Shown here piece after piece: positions 1-11,691 of a stretch of 64,000 nucleotides of DNA (the first letter of the stretch is position 1; each line of letters starts with the position of its first letter). The stretch is from Cyanophora paradoxa CCMP329. Lineage: Eukaryota; Plantae; Glaucophyta. The notes under the pieces were generated by a model. It was not told where the DNA came from and searched no databases. It worked only from the letters and a program-made list of their open reading frames with translations. Where the stretch lies: contig QPMI01000182.1 of NCBI GenBank assembly GCA_004431415.1, positions 1-64,000 on the forward strand, in the 5' to 3' direction. The translations under genes and the position numbers were made by a program.

Positions 1-3000
1 CGCTCCGCCCCTTCAGCACCACCTGCAGACCGGTGAGCGGCGCCGATGACCGGGAGCGGGGCGGGGCGGGGCGGGGCGGGGCGGGCCTTGTCGACGAGGC
101 GGGTGAGGAAGCGGTCGCGGACCTCGGGCAGCGTCGCCACGTCCCCGCTCACCAGGATCGAAGTCCCGTACCTGCCCGCCCGCCCCGCGTCAGACGCGGC
201 GGCGCGGAGCAGTCGGGAACGGGGCGGGCCGTTTGTTGAGGGGCTCGAGGCGGGCGGCGATGTTCACACGGTCGCCGAGCACAGTGTAGTTCAGCCTGCG
301 CCGCGCGCGTCGCTACGGAAGGGACGGCGGCCCAACGGGAAGCCCGGCGGGGCGGACCGGGAGGTGGAGCCGAAGTTGCCGATGAGCACCCGGCCGGCTG
401 CGCGCGGGGGGCGCGGAGCCTCCGTCGGGCGCGGGCGGCGGGCGCGCGGACGCGCGGGCCGGGGCCGGGCGCACCGTCGAGCCGATGCGGACCTCGAGCG
501 CCGGCAGGCCGCGGGCGCGCCAGCCGGGGCGGAGCTCGGCGAGGGCGCGCTGGCAGGCGAGGGCGGCCGCGCAGGCGTGCAGCTCGCGCTGCTCGAGCGG
601 CTGCAGCGGCGTCGAGAAGAACGCCATCTGGGGCGGGCGCTCGGCTCGGATCGGGGCGGGGCGGGGCGGCAGATCCACGCAAAGGGGCGCACGACGGCGT
701 CGCCCAGGTACTTGTCGACGGTGCCGCGGGCCTCGGTGATGCGCTGCGAGAGCACCTCCATCGCCTGCGCGCAGGGCCGCTCAGCCCTCGGGCGGGCGGG
801 CGGGCGCTCGCTGCGAACCTCGCCGACGACCTCCACGAGCCGCTCGGGGCCCATCGTCTCCGTCAGCGCCGAGAAGTCCTGCGTGAGGGGGTACCGCTCA
901 GGCCGGCCCCAGGGTGGGGGCCAGCGGGGGGTACCTGGATGTCGGCGAAGAGGACGGCGCAGGAGTGGTGCGAGAGGCCTGCGGGGGGTACCGTCAGAAC
1001 CAAGTTAGGGGGGGACGGGAGGGCAGGGGGGTACCGGGCTTGGCGAGCACGCGGGAGCGCATGAGGGCGTCCATGCAGTCGCCTGGGACGTACTTCTCCT
1101 GCGCGGGCGGGCGGCGGGACGTCAGGCCCGGCGTCAGGGCGGAGGGGTCGGAGGGGCGCACGAAGCTGCGGACGCCGGCCGCCATCGCGCGGAACGCGTC
1201 CTCGATGTCGCCTGCGCCCCGGCGGGTGACCGGGCGCCGGGGCGGCGGGGGCGGGCGGGAGGCGGGCGGGAGGCGGGCGGGGGGAGGGGCGCACGGAACT
1301 CGCTGAGCATCGGCCGCACGCTCCGCCGCCGCTGCCGAAGGCGCAGCGGGGCGACCTGCCGAGGCGGATCAGCCGGGGGGCCGCGCCGGGCCGGGGCCGG
1401 GGCGAGCCGGGGCGGCGCGCCTCTCCGCTGGGCTGGCGGCCGCGCCGAGCCATCCGAATGGCGTCGGCGGCGATGCGGGCGCCCGAGGCCGGGGCCGGGC
1501 CGGGGCGGGGCGGGGGCGACTCCTCGTCAACCTCCACCGGGACCGGGTTCGACTCCCGCGAGATCCGCGAGGCGGCCGAGGAGCTCGAGGCGAAGGAGGC
1601 GCCCCGCGGGGCCCCCGCCCTCGCGCCGGGGCTGGCGCCGGGGCTCGCGCCAGGGCCGGGGGTGGCCCCGCCCTCGTGCTCCGTCTCCTCGGCGGCCGCC
1701 GAGGCGTCCTCCTCCTCCTCCTCGTCCGTGGCGGTCTCGCCGGAGGCGAAGCGGCGGCGGAGGAAGCGGAGGTTCTCGATGCGGCGGGAGAGGGAGCGGA
1801 GCGGGACGACGACGAGGAGGCGGATGGAGACGGCGAGCACGACCGCCAGCGAGCACACCGAGGCCGTCATCAGAACTGTCGCCCGCGTCAGGGCTCCTGC
1901 TTCTGGGGCGCCGGCGGCGGCCGCGCGTGTGCGCGGCCGCTGTGCGCACGGACACACCGACGGTCTGCTTGTTCCGCCGGCCGCTGGTCTTGGAATCGGA
2001 CTGCGCCGGGCGCGAAACTTTCGTCAGCGCGAGCGGGCGCGGGGCGGGCGGGCGGGGCGGCGGGGCGGGGCGGGGCGGGCCTCCTCGACGAGGAAGACGT
2101 AGAGCCAGTCGAGGCCGTCGCGCTGTAAGGGGAAGATCTACGCGTGGCGGGGGTGAGGGGGTCGGGCATAGGAACACTTCGAGTGGGAGGACCTGGGCGA
2201 CCAGCGAAGCGCCCCCCACTGCGATCCGCCGCGTCGCCGTCCCCTCCACCCGCCACAGCGGCCTGCGCGGGCCCGCGCCGTGTCGATGGCGGCGCCGGCG
2301 GGGCGAGGGCGGGGGCAGAGAGCGGCCGGGCACCCGCCGAGGGCGGCCTCGAGCGCGCGGACAATGTCGCGCATCGCTGCGCTGTCGCTCGTCCCGGGGC
2401 TCAGCCGCTCGTCCGGCACCTGCCGCGGGGCGGCGTCAGGGGGCGGCGTGAGAGGCGAGGGCGGCGGCCGGGCGGGCGGGCGGCGGGGCGGGGCAGGGCG
2501 CGCCAGGAGGCCCCCGGGGCCGGGTCCACGTGCCGCGTCGCGCTCCCGAGGCTGCGGGCGGCGCTCAGTGCGGGCCATGCGGGCGGAGGGTGGGGGGCGG
2601 GCGGGGCGGCGCGCGTGGTGAAGAGGAGGAACTGCTCGGGACGGCGCTCGATGGCGAAGGCGAGCGCCGCGGGACCGTAGCGCCCAAGCACCGTCTGCCG
2701 CCCTCGCCGCGTCAGCCGGGGGGGGGCCAAAAGGGGGCTGCCAAACGCACGCGGGCGGCGTCGCCGAAGTCGGCGGCGTGGACTCCGACGCCGGCGACGC
2801 CGAGCAGGGGCGCCCCGGGGCCCGGGCCCCGCAGCGGTTCGCTCCGGAAGAGCGTCAGCGCCCCGTCCGCCCCGAACCTGCGCCCCCTCCAACGTTCGTC
2901 CCGGGGCGGGGCGGCCGGGCGGGCTCGGGCTCGGGGCGGGGCGCACATGGCGGGAGACCAGCGCGGGGCGCTCGCCGCCGCCGCCGTCTCGTAGAAGCTG

Positions 3001-4879
3001 CCGCCGGGGGATCAGCGGCCGGCGCGGGGGTACCGCCGCGCGGGGGGCAGGCTCGGCCGCACAGGTGCCGGCGGACGTCCTGGGGGTGAAGAAGAGGTGA
3101 GGGGCAGGGCGCAGAGGGATCCGGGCGTACGGCAGCGCACGAAGTTCGGGACGGTGAAGACGGGGGCGCCCTCCGGGGTACCGGAGCGGCCCGCGTTGAA
3201 GAGCACGAACTGCGCAAACCCCTCAGAGGAGATCGGGGTCCGGGGGGGGGGGGTACGGGCGCGCGTTCGGGAGGGGCCCGCCGGTGAAGGACTCGGCGAG
3301 CAGGTTCGGGTTCGCGCAGGTCGCGTTCAGCGTCACCTGAGACGGGTACAGGCGCCGTCGGCCGCGCGCGGGCGCCTCCGGTCCGACGGGGCGGCGCGCA
3401 CCGAGTACTGGTACCCCCGGGCGCCCCAGGCCGGGTTCACGGTCTGCGGGCCGTCCGGCCCGTACGCCAGCGCGTACCCGTTCTCGAACCTGCCGCCGGC
3501 CCGCCCCGTCGGCGGAGTGCCGGGCAGCGATTCGAAGGGCGGGGAGAGTGTACCCCAGGGTGACCGAGTAGGCGAAGGGGCGGTTCTTCATCAGGCTCCA
3601 CATGGCGGTTCTGAGGCCGCCCTGGTCGGAGGGGACCAGGCGCCCGTACAGGAACTCGTCCGCGATGCTGCGCCGCCCGCTCGCGTCGGCGACGCGGGAG
3701 GAGGGGACGGGGCGGGGCGGGGGGTACGCACGCGCGGGCGGCGACGGCGGGCCCGTCGACGAAGTCGTCGGAGCGGAGGGAGAGCTGCGCCAGCAGATCC
3801 TGCGCCGCCCGCCCGGGGCTCGGCGCCCGGGCCCAGGCCCGGGATCGAGAGGGGGAAGTGGGGGCACGCGGGCGGGCGCGGACCCGCTCCATGACGCCGC
3901 TGAGGCGCTCGACGTTCTCCGAGTACGAGCGGTAGCCCAGGTACCTGCCGGGCCGCGTCGGCCGCCGCGCGGGGCGGGGGCGGGGCCGGCGCCGGGCCGG
4001 CGGGAGGGCGCGCGGACCACACGAAGATGTTCGAGCCGAGGAGCTGCGGGCGGCGACGGGGAGGTCAGGGCGCGAGGGGCGCCCGGCGGGCGGGCGGGCG
4101 CGGACGGTGAGGAGGGTGGGGACGATGAGGAGGACCCGCACGGAGAGGGCCTGCGGGGTCAAGAGCCGTCGGCCGAGCGGGAGGGGCGGGGCGGGGCGGG
4201 CGCGGGGCTGGCGGCGCACGCGGTGAGCGAAGGGCCCGCGGCGGACGGGGGAGTCGGAGCAGAGGCGGTGGCGGGGCGCGGGGCGCGCGGCGGCCGCCGG
4301 CAGCACGAGCTCGTCCACCGATGTGGAGGCTGAGGAGGACGCCGAGTCGCAGAGGTCGCACGCCCCGGGCGGCTCGCAGGGGTTCGAGGAGAGGGCCGGA
4401 GAGGGCGGCGGCGGCCGCGGGCAGAGCGGGAGGAACCGCGGCGGGTCGGGCGAGTCGCTGACGACGGAGAGGCCGGGGCAGGGCGCGCCGGGGGCCCACG
4501 GCGGGTCGATTTCGTGTTCTCCGGGCGTGTACGCGCGGATGCGAGGCGCCGGGAGCATGCCGGCCCCGAAAGGCCCACGAAGCTCGATGATGGCCGCCGC
4601 CTTGGCGGGAAGTGAAGGGAGGAAGCTTAAGATCCGCGAGCGCTCGGCAGGAGACGCGATGTCAAGGCCGTCCGCTGGAGCTGCGGGAGGCCCGCGCTCC
4701 GCCCCACCCGTCGCTGCGCCCGAGCGACGGTTGAAAGCCGGCGGAGCTCCCGCCGCCGCCGCCACCGCCACCGACCCGTCCTCCAAGCTCACGAGCGCCG
4801 AAATCAAGGCGCTCTCCATGCTGTTCGCCACCGTCGTCCCATCGCCAAACGCGTCCGAGTCTTCTCTGCTCGCTGTCAT
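1..4879 (-). CDS. Multi-exon receptor-type class III adenylyl/guanylyl cyclase (two TM helices, extracellular sensor region, HAMP-like linker, cyclase domain); 3' end lies outside the window
   Basis: Spliced minus-strand exons give CAVLFADIQ|DFSALTETMGPERLVEVVGE|AMEVLSQRITEARGTVDKYLGDAV|MAFFSTP...ACAAALACQRALAELRPGWRARGLPALEVRIG|VLIGNFGSTSR|LNYTVLGDRVNIAARLEPLNK|RYGTSILVS...RLVDK|VVLKGRS. Both metal-binding Asp residues, the ATP-specifying Lys and the NxAAR motif are present. TM segments lie at ~4110-4155 (LSVRVLLIVPTLLT) and ~1800-1875 (VLMTASVCSLAVVLAVSIRLLVVVPL). Start taken as ATG 4879; upstream exon boundaries are approximate. Confidence 0.9.
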
Positions 4880-6237
4880 GGCTGTCCGTACGCGTCGTAC
4901 GCGTGTTTCGCCGCGCGCAGCTGAGCGCGCGTGCTGGATTCAAAACATGCTGCAGCTGTCCTCGTGCGGCAGCTGGCCTACGTGAAAGATGCGCTTAAGG
5001 GGCGAGCGCGGCTTGGCTTGCTTGCCTATGCGCGCGCGTCGCTGTTGCCGAGGAGCGCATTCGGATATATTCGAGCGCTGTAGCGGCCGACTGCTGATAT
5101 CGCTTTCGACGAGCTAGGGACTCGGATCCGGAGGGAGCAAGCTACGGGGACGCGGACGCTGACGCGCTTGCGGCCACACATGTAGGCGACAAGTTCGCGC
5201 CGACAACCGCTTAGCGCCATTGTTCTCCATACGCAGGCCCCTGAGGATTAGGGTTAGCCTTGCTGTTACGTAAGAACCGGGTTACAATCCGCGAAGGGGC
5301 CAGCAAAAAGTTGCCCGTGCCAACTTGCCGCTTAGATACGATCTCGAATTCGACGTCAAGTCTGAGAGAGAGCGTACCCGGGCACCACCGGCCAGCTGTA
5401 CCCGGTTGACACCAGCAAGCGAATGCTGCACCATCGCACAGCTGCAGCTGCAGCGAGCATGCGTCTCCGCGCTTCGCGGTAGGACCGGAGGGGTCGGTCG
5501 ACTCGGCGACGCGCTTCGGACGACGGCGCGAAGGCGGCCAAGCGAGCGTGCATTCGGTCCTGCCCTGTGAGTCCCGCGCCGCCCCGTGCATCTCGAGCTC
5601 AGCCATCGTTCGATAACCTGCTTCGTGCTCTCCCGCGGGGCGAGGGCGGGCGAGTGCTAGTGCTGATCATCGCCGCCGCGCTTGCGAGCCGGCTCCGGTT
5701 AACCTTAGATCGCTCTCTACAACCTTCATCCATCCGCGCCTGCGTGAGAGCCGTCCGGCTCTCCCGTCACCTATAGCTATAGCTAGCTGTACATGTACAG
5801 CCATTGGGCCTGCCCTCGAGCTCGCCGCGCGCTCAAACAGAGCCTGGGCCAACGATCCTGCGCGCCGCTAATCAAAGCTATCAGGCAGCGCTCGATCGGC
5901 TCCTCTCCGTAACCGCGCTCGCCTGGCTCCCCCCAGATCTAGATTACGATGCCTGTTAAACGTTCTCCTCGCTATATAGCTAGCTCGTGCCTCGCCCTGC
6001 GGCAGCTCGAGGCTGTCGTTCGAACCCCCCCGCGCTGTTGCTCATGATCAAGTGGCTCCGCAGCAGCGGTGTGCGGGAGTCGGCACTCTTCTTGCGCCTC
6101 GAATTCGGACATCCAGGCACGACTTGACGACAAAAAGTGCTCGTACCCTCCCGCCCGCTCCCCTGCGTACCCCCGCTATTCCCACTGTTTGATTCTCGCC
6201 AAGTTCCTAACTGCCTTCCTCGATGTCTTCAAGCAAG

Positions 6238-6400
6238 CCTCCCCCTTTCCCTTCCCCCCACGCCCCCCCCCCCCCCCCCCCCGCTCCCGCCCCCCTCCCT
6301 CCCGCCCCCTCCCTCCCCCCTCCCCCCCCTCCCCCCCTCCGCCCCAGCCGCCCCCTCCCTCCCTCCCTCCCCCCCTCCCCCCTCCGCCCAGCTCTCCCCT
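6238..6400. repeat. C-rich polypyrimidine tract (G-quadruplex/i-motif-capable) in the divergent promoter region between the cyclase and SMCHD1-like genes
   Basis: Near-pure runs of C with T/G spacers. Similar tracts occur at 18620-18690, 33230-33440, 35950-36240 and 46066-46102. Confidence 0.7.
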
Positions 6401-6501
6401 ACCGCTCGAATTCTGCCCCGCCCTTCTAAGCATCTCGCGAACGCGCGCGCCGCGCGCCCTGCGCTGACGTCGACGGGCCGCGCCTCAGCCGCGGTGCGGG
6501 G

Positions 6502-9500
6502 ATGGCGGGGGCACCGGTGAAGAGGGTGGAGGTGCTCTCGTTCGCGGTGGAGGGGCCCGTGCAAAGCGTGGTCGAGGGCCTGGACCTGTCTTCGGGCCTC
6601 CCCGGGCCCCTCCTCGACCAGCTCCGCGCCAAGCTGCCCCCCGGGGCCATCCCCGTGCGCCCTGCCCGCCCGCCCGCAGACCCGCCCCGCCCGCCCGCCC
6701 GCGCGATCTTGCCGAGCGGCGGGGCGGGGCGGCGCGCGGGGCAGGAGGGGCGTACCTCGCGGACGAGAACTCGCGCTCGATCGAGCACGAGCTCGACGGG
6801 AGCGACGCCGCCCGCCGCCGCCTCGCCGGCCTCACCTGCATCAACGTCTTCGGCCGCGCCCCGCCCGCCCCGGCCCCGGCCCCCCTCTCCCCGGCCGCCC
6901 CCGCCGCGCCTGCCGCCGGGTCCCCCTCCGCATCGGGGTCCGCACCGGGCCCTGCGGCCTCCTCCGCCGGAGCCTCCTCGGGCGCGGGCCCCGCCGCCTC
7001 TTCCAACTCCCTCGAGTGGTCCGAGGTCATCGGTGCGCACACGCCCGCCCCGCTACCCGCCGCCGTGGCTGAGGGTGCGGGACGGGGGCCGGGGCGGGGG
7101 CGGGCAGACATCTCGCCGGCGACGGACCTGATCAAGAACGTGCGGTGCGAGGGCTCCTTCTACGGCGCCTTCGGCGAGCTCCTCGTGCGCCCCGCGCCGC
7201 CCGCCCCCGCCCCCGCCCCGCCCCACTCGCGCCCCGCTTCCGAGTTCCCGCGCCGCCCCGGCCGACGTCGAGGGGGCCGGGGCCGGGGCCGGGGCAGGAC
7301 AACGCGCTGCAGGCGTGCAAGGAGAACCGGGAGCAGGGGCGGGAGGTGCTCGTGCGGGTCCACATCGACGCCGACCGCCAGGTCCTCACCATCGAGGACA
7401 ACGGCAAGGGCCTCTCCTTCCCCGAAGCGTGCGCCGCCCGCCGCCCCCGGCCGGCCGAGGCCGACGCTGAGCTTCGTGCGCAGGAAGCGGATCGGGAAGC
7501 TGGGCGACTCGATGAACGCGAAGGCGGCCGTGCAGCGCGGCCTGCCCAGGATCGCCCCCCCCAAGACCTACCGGCCGACCCTCGAGGACATCGCCAGCCA
7601 TCTCATGACCAGCAACTACTCCCGGTGCGCCCCGGCGGCGCCCCGGCGCCCCGTCCGCCCTCTCGACCGAGAGCTCACGGCCGCCGGCGCCGCCCGGCGC
7701 GGGGCGGGGCGGGGCGGCAGGTTCGGGTCGGGGATGAAGCGGGCCGGCTTCTACATTGGGGACGACATCGACATCGCCGCGTACGCTGCCGGCGAGAACG
7801 TCGTCATCAAACTCCAGCTGCGCTTCGTGCGCGGCCGCATTCCCCGCCGCCTCCGCCTCCGCCGCCGCCGCCGCCGCCGAGGCCGCCGAGGCCGCCGAGG
7901 CCGACTCTGCGGCTCGCGGGGGCAGACGCGGCTGCTGGCGGGGGGCCCGGAGGGCGCCGGGGCGTGGGAGGCGGTGGCGACCCGGCGGCAGGCGACGCGC
8001 GAGGACGTCGCCCGGGGCCCCTTCTTCCGCATCCAGGCGCGCCCCCGTCGTGTCCGCGGCACCAGGCGTCGCCCTCGTCGTCCTCACGCGCGCGCGCGCG
8101 GCTCTGGCGCAGGTGTCAAAGTGGACGGAGGACTTCAAGAACAAGTGCGATTGAATTTTCTGCAATCGGCAATCAGCGTTCTCGCAGCCAGCCGAACCGC
8201 CGGCCGGGGCGGGGCCGCAGGTACGCGCGGGAGGGGTTCGACTCCGTCCTGTGCCACATGGGCGAGAAGTACACCTTCGCCATCGCCGGCGGTGCGCCCG
8301 CAAGAAGGCCGCGGCGAGCTGCAGGGGGCCCGGGCCCGTGGCGCCGGCGCCCGCTCACCCCGGCCGGTCGGCAGGCATCGGGAGCTGCGAGCTGCCGCAG
8401 GCGCAGCTGATCTTCTCGGAGACGCGCGAGCAGAGGCGCTCGCCCGACGTGAACCTGCACGAGTGTGCCGTCAACCGCGCGGCCGGCTCGCCTGGAGTCG
8501 AAAATCTGCCGCAAGCTGACGCCCTGCCCCGCCCGGCCCCGCGCAGCGTCTTCTTCGAGGTGCTCGCGAGGTACATTTCCAAGGCAGATGGCAATGTCCC
8601 CGCCTGGGCCGAGACCATCGAGGTCCGGGCCGCTGCTCCTTCGCGGTTCCTGCGTTGTGCTCGCTCGCTCGCTCACGGCGCGGCTGGCGGCGCGGGCAGT
8701 CGTGGCGGATGTACGCGACGATGGCGGACGGCCTGCAGAGCGCCCTCCTCCTGCCCGTCTTTGTCCAGGGCGACAGCCTCCTCGGCGTGGTGCCCGCGCC
8801 TCGGCCCCGCCCCCGCGCCCTCCCCCGCCTCTGGTGCGCGCTCACGACCGGCGCGCGCCGCGCTGCGGCGCAGCTCGCGCTCAAGTACTTCCCCCGCACG
8901 AGGGGCCGCAACACGATCCCGGACTGGGACCGGCTCAGCCGGCCGCGTGCGACGCAGCAGCAGGAGGACAGCGAGTCGGGGCAGGCCGAGTCCCGCGTCC
9001 TGGCCGTCTGGAACGGCCTTCTCCTCCGCAGGAGCCCCGTCAACAAGTACACCCGCGAGTGCGCGCCGCCGCCGCCGTGTGTTGCCCGCGCCCCGGCCCC
9101 TCTCAAGGACCGGGCCGGGGCCGCGCAGCCTGCAGAACGTCCTGCCCTTCATGGTGCCCCCGCCGCGCCTGCGGGCGGGGCGGGGCCCGGCCACGCGTCG
9201 CCGCGACGAGGCGGTGACCGGCACCCCCGTCCCCTACCGCTGCTTCGCCCACCGCGTCGCCGGTGCGGTCCGATCCCTGCGCCTCCACCTCCTCCGCGCG
9301 GCTGCGCGCGGAGCTGCTGACGGCGGCCCGTGCCCCCGCCCCCGCCTCCGCCCAGGGTTCTTCTTCCTGAACGAGAACACGGCCGTCAACCCGACCAAGA
9401 CCGAAGTCGACGTGCGTGCGCGCCCCTCCCTCAGCTCCCTCAGCCACCTCCCTCGGCGCCCGCCCGCGACGTGCCAACGTCAACGCGCGCGCGCGCCGGC

Positions 9501-11657
9501 AGCCGGACTCGCCGCTGCTGACGGACGTGATGGCGTCGAGCCCCGACAAGGCGCACCACAAGCAGCTCTGGGGCCTCTACTGCGAGTGGCTCCTCAAGCG
9601 CCACCAGGAGGAGGACAAGGAGGCCCGCCCCCCGGAGCCCCCGCCGCGAGGCCCGGCGCGCGCGCGCTCACCGACGCCTGCCGGGGCGGGCGTGCGCAGG
9701 TCTACTGCGACTTTAAAAAGGCGGTGGTGGTGGGGGAGGGCCCCGCGGTGGAGGCCGCCGCCGTGAAGTACGTCGACGTCGAGTACCGCGCCGGCGAGAT
9801 GGCACGCCCCCGCCCCCGCCCCGCCCCGCCCCGCCCTGCCCAGCCCAGCCCAGCCCAGTCCAGCCCGGATGGGGGCGCCAGCCGCCGCTCCGGATCCCTG
9901 CGCCAGCAACGTTGACGCGGCGCCCGGCCCGTCGCGCAGGTAAAATTCCAGGAGAACGCGGAAGACGACGAGGGGGACGACGCCGACGAGGGCGGGCCGG
10001 GCTCGCAGGGCGCCGGCCCGAGCGCGCTGGCGACGCAGGCGGCGGCGGCGGGGGCGGCGGCGTCGTCCTCCGCCTCCGCCGCGGCGACGCCGCAGAGCGG
10101 CAAGAAGAGGAAGGGCAAGGGCCGCGTGGGCGACGCGTCCCCCGGCCCGGGACCCGGCCCCGGTCCGAGCTCGGCCACCAAAGGCGCTGCGGCCGCCAGG
10201 ACCAAGGCCCCCTTCAGCGTCGGCAAGGTCCTCAAGTGCGCCCGCCCGCCCGCCCGGCCGGCCCGAGGCGCCCTGCGCGCGGATCGACTTCGCCGTTTGG
10301 GTTCAAGCGCTTGATCCGCGCGCGCAGGTTCAAGTTCTCGGACACGATCTCCATGGAGGGGACCGTCGAGGTGCCTTTTCGCCCCCCGACTTCACATCCT
10401 CCGAACCTGCCCTCGCCCTCCTGATCGATCGAGCCCTGCGCCGGCGCCGTCTCGCACGCGGCAGATCGAGCCGCTGCAGGACGAGGAGTGGCCGGAGCTG
10501 GGGGAGGGCCGCGTCGTCGTCGAGAAGGCCATCGAGTGCCTGCGCGGCAAGGCCGCCGAGAAGGACGTCGCCGAGGCGCGCGGCCGCATCCGCCAGCTCG
10601 CCCCCAGCAGGGTCCGCCAGCCCGCCCGTGGCGTCGGGCGGGCAGTCTCGACCGTGCCGCTGACCATGAGCGAACGCGTTTCGTGCACTGTGCAGATCGA
10701 CCTCGCGGGAGAGAGCGCGCTGCCGGGCGATCGGGAGGTGCAGACGAACAGGGCCATCGACATCGCGTGCCGCTTCCTGGACGGGCGCGAGGCGCCCCAG
10801 GTCCGCCCCCGCCTGTCCGCCACGGCCGATGAGCCGCTAAGCGCGGGTTGCGCCGGCGCAGCCCGTGAAGCTGGGGAGGCTCGCACTCGGCGTCTGCGTC
10901 GCGGTCTACGTCGCGAAGGCCGCCGTCGCCGGCACCGACCGGGAGTCGCAGGAAGCCCCCTTCGACGTCCGTCGCTGTCGCCGCTCTCCCTCTGTTGTTT
11001 CACGCTGACCGCCTCGCCCGTCCCGCGGGGCAGGGCGCCGAGCTCGAGGAGCGCGCGAGGGCGGCCCTCAAGAAGCGGCCCAAGATGCAGCTCGTCTTCG
11101 CGGCCGCCGCGGCCGGCCGCAACTCCCACAGCGCCGACGCCTCCGGCGCCAGTACGTTCTACTTCAAGTTCACGTGCGCTCTGGAGCCGCCGCCGCCCGC
11201 GCTGGAAACGCCGCGACGCGTCGACCTGACGCGGCGGCGCTCGGCGCCCCCGCAGGCCGGTGATCGACACGGAGCACCTGATGGTGGCGTGGGCGCTGAA
11301 GCCGGTCAGGGGCGGCGGCGCGTGGGCGCTCGACAACCGCATCGCCCGCCTCGAGCGCCCCATCCGCGTCGCCCCCGGTGCCCGCCCCGCCCCTCACTCG
11401 CTCCTAAAAGATCCCTTCTACACAGAACTCCAAGAAGAGCCCTCGTCCCCATCTGACGGCCCCCGGGCAGGGGCGATCGACGAGATCGAGGCGCGGTGGG
11501 CGGGGGCGGGCGAGCCGACGCTGCCCTTCGGCGTCGTCGCGCCGCCGCTGCTGCTGCACGCCGACGACGACTGCGGCAACGTCCTCCGCGGCGACTGGCG
11601 CGGGCAGGTGCCCCCCATGACCGTCACCTGCGCCTCCAACACGCGCCACTTCAAGGC

Positions 11658-11691
<34 letters not shown>

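Noticed and set aside
7100-7830. Hsp90, MutL or MORC gene
   Set aside because: The GHKL motifs are shared, but the downstream transducer motifs and a C-terminal SMC hinge point to SMCHD1/GMI1.
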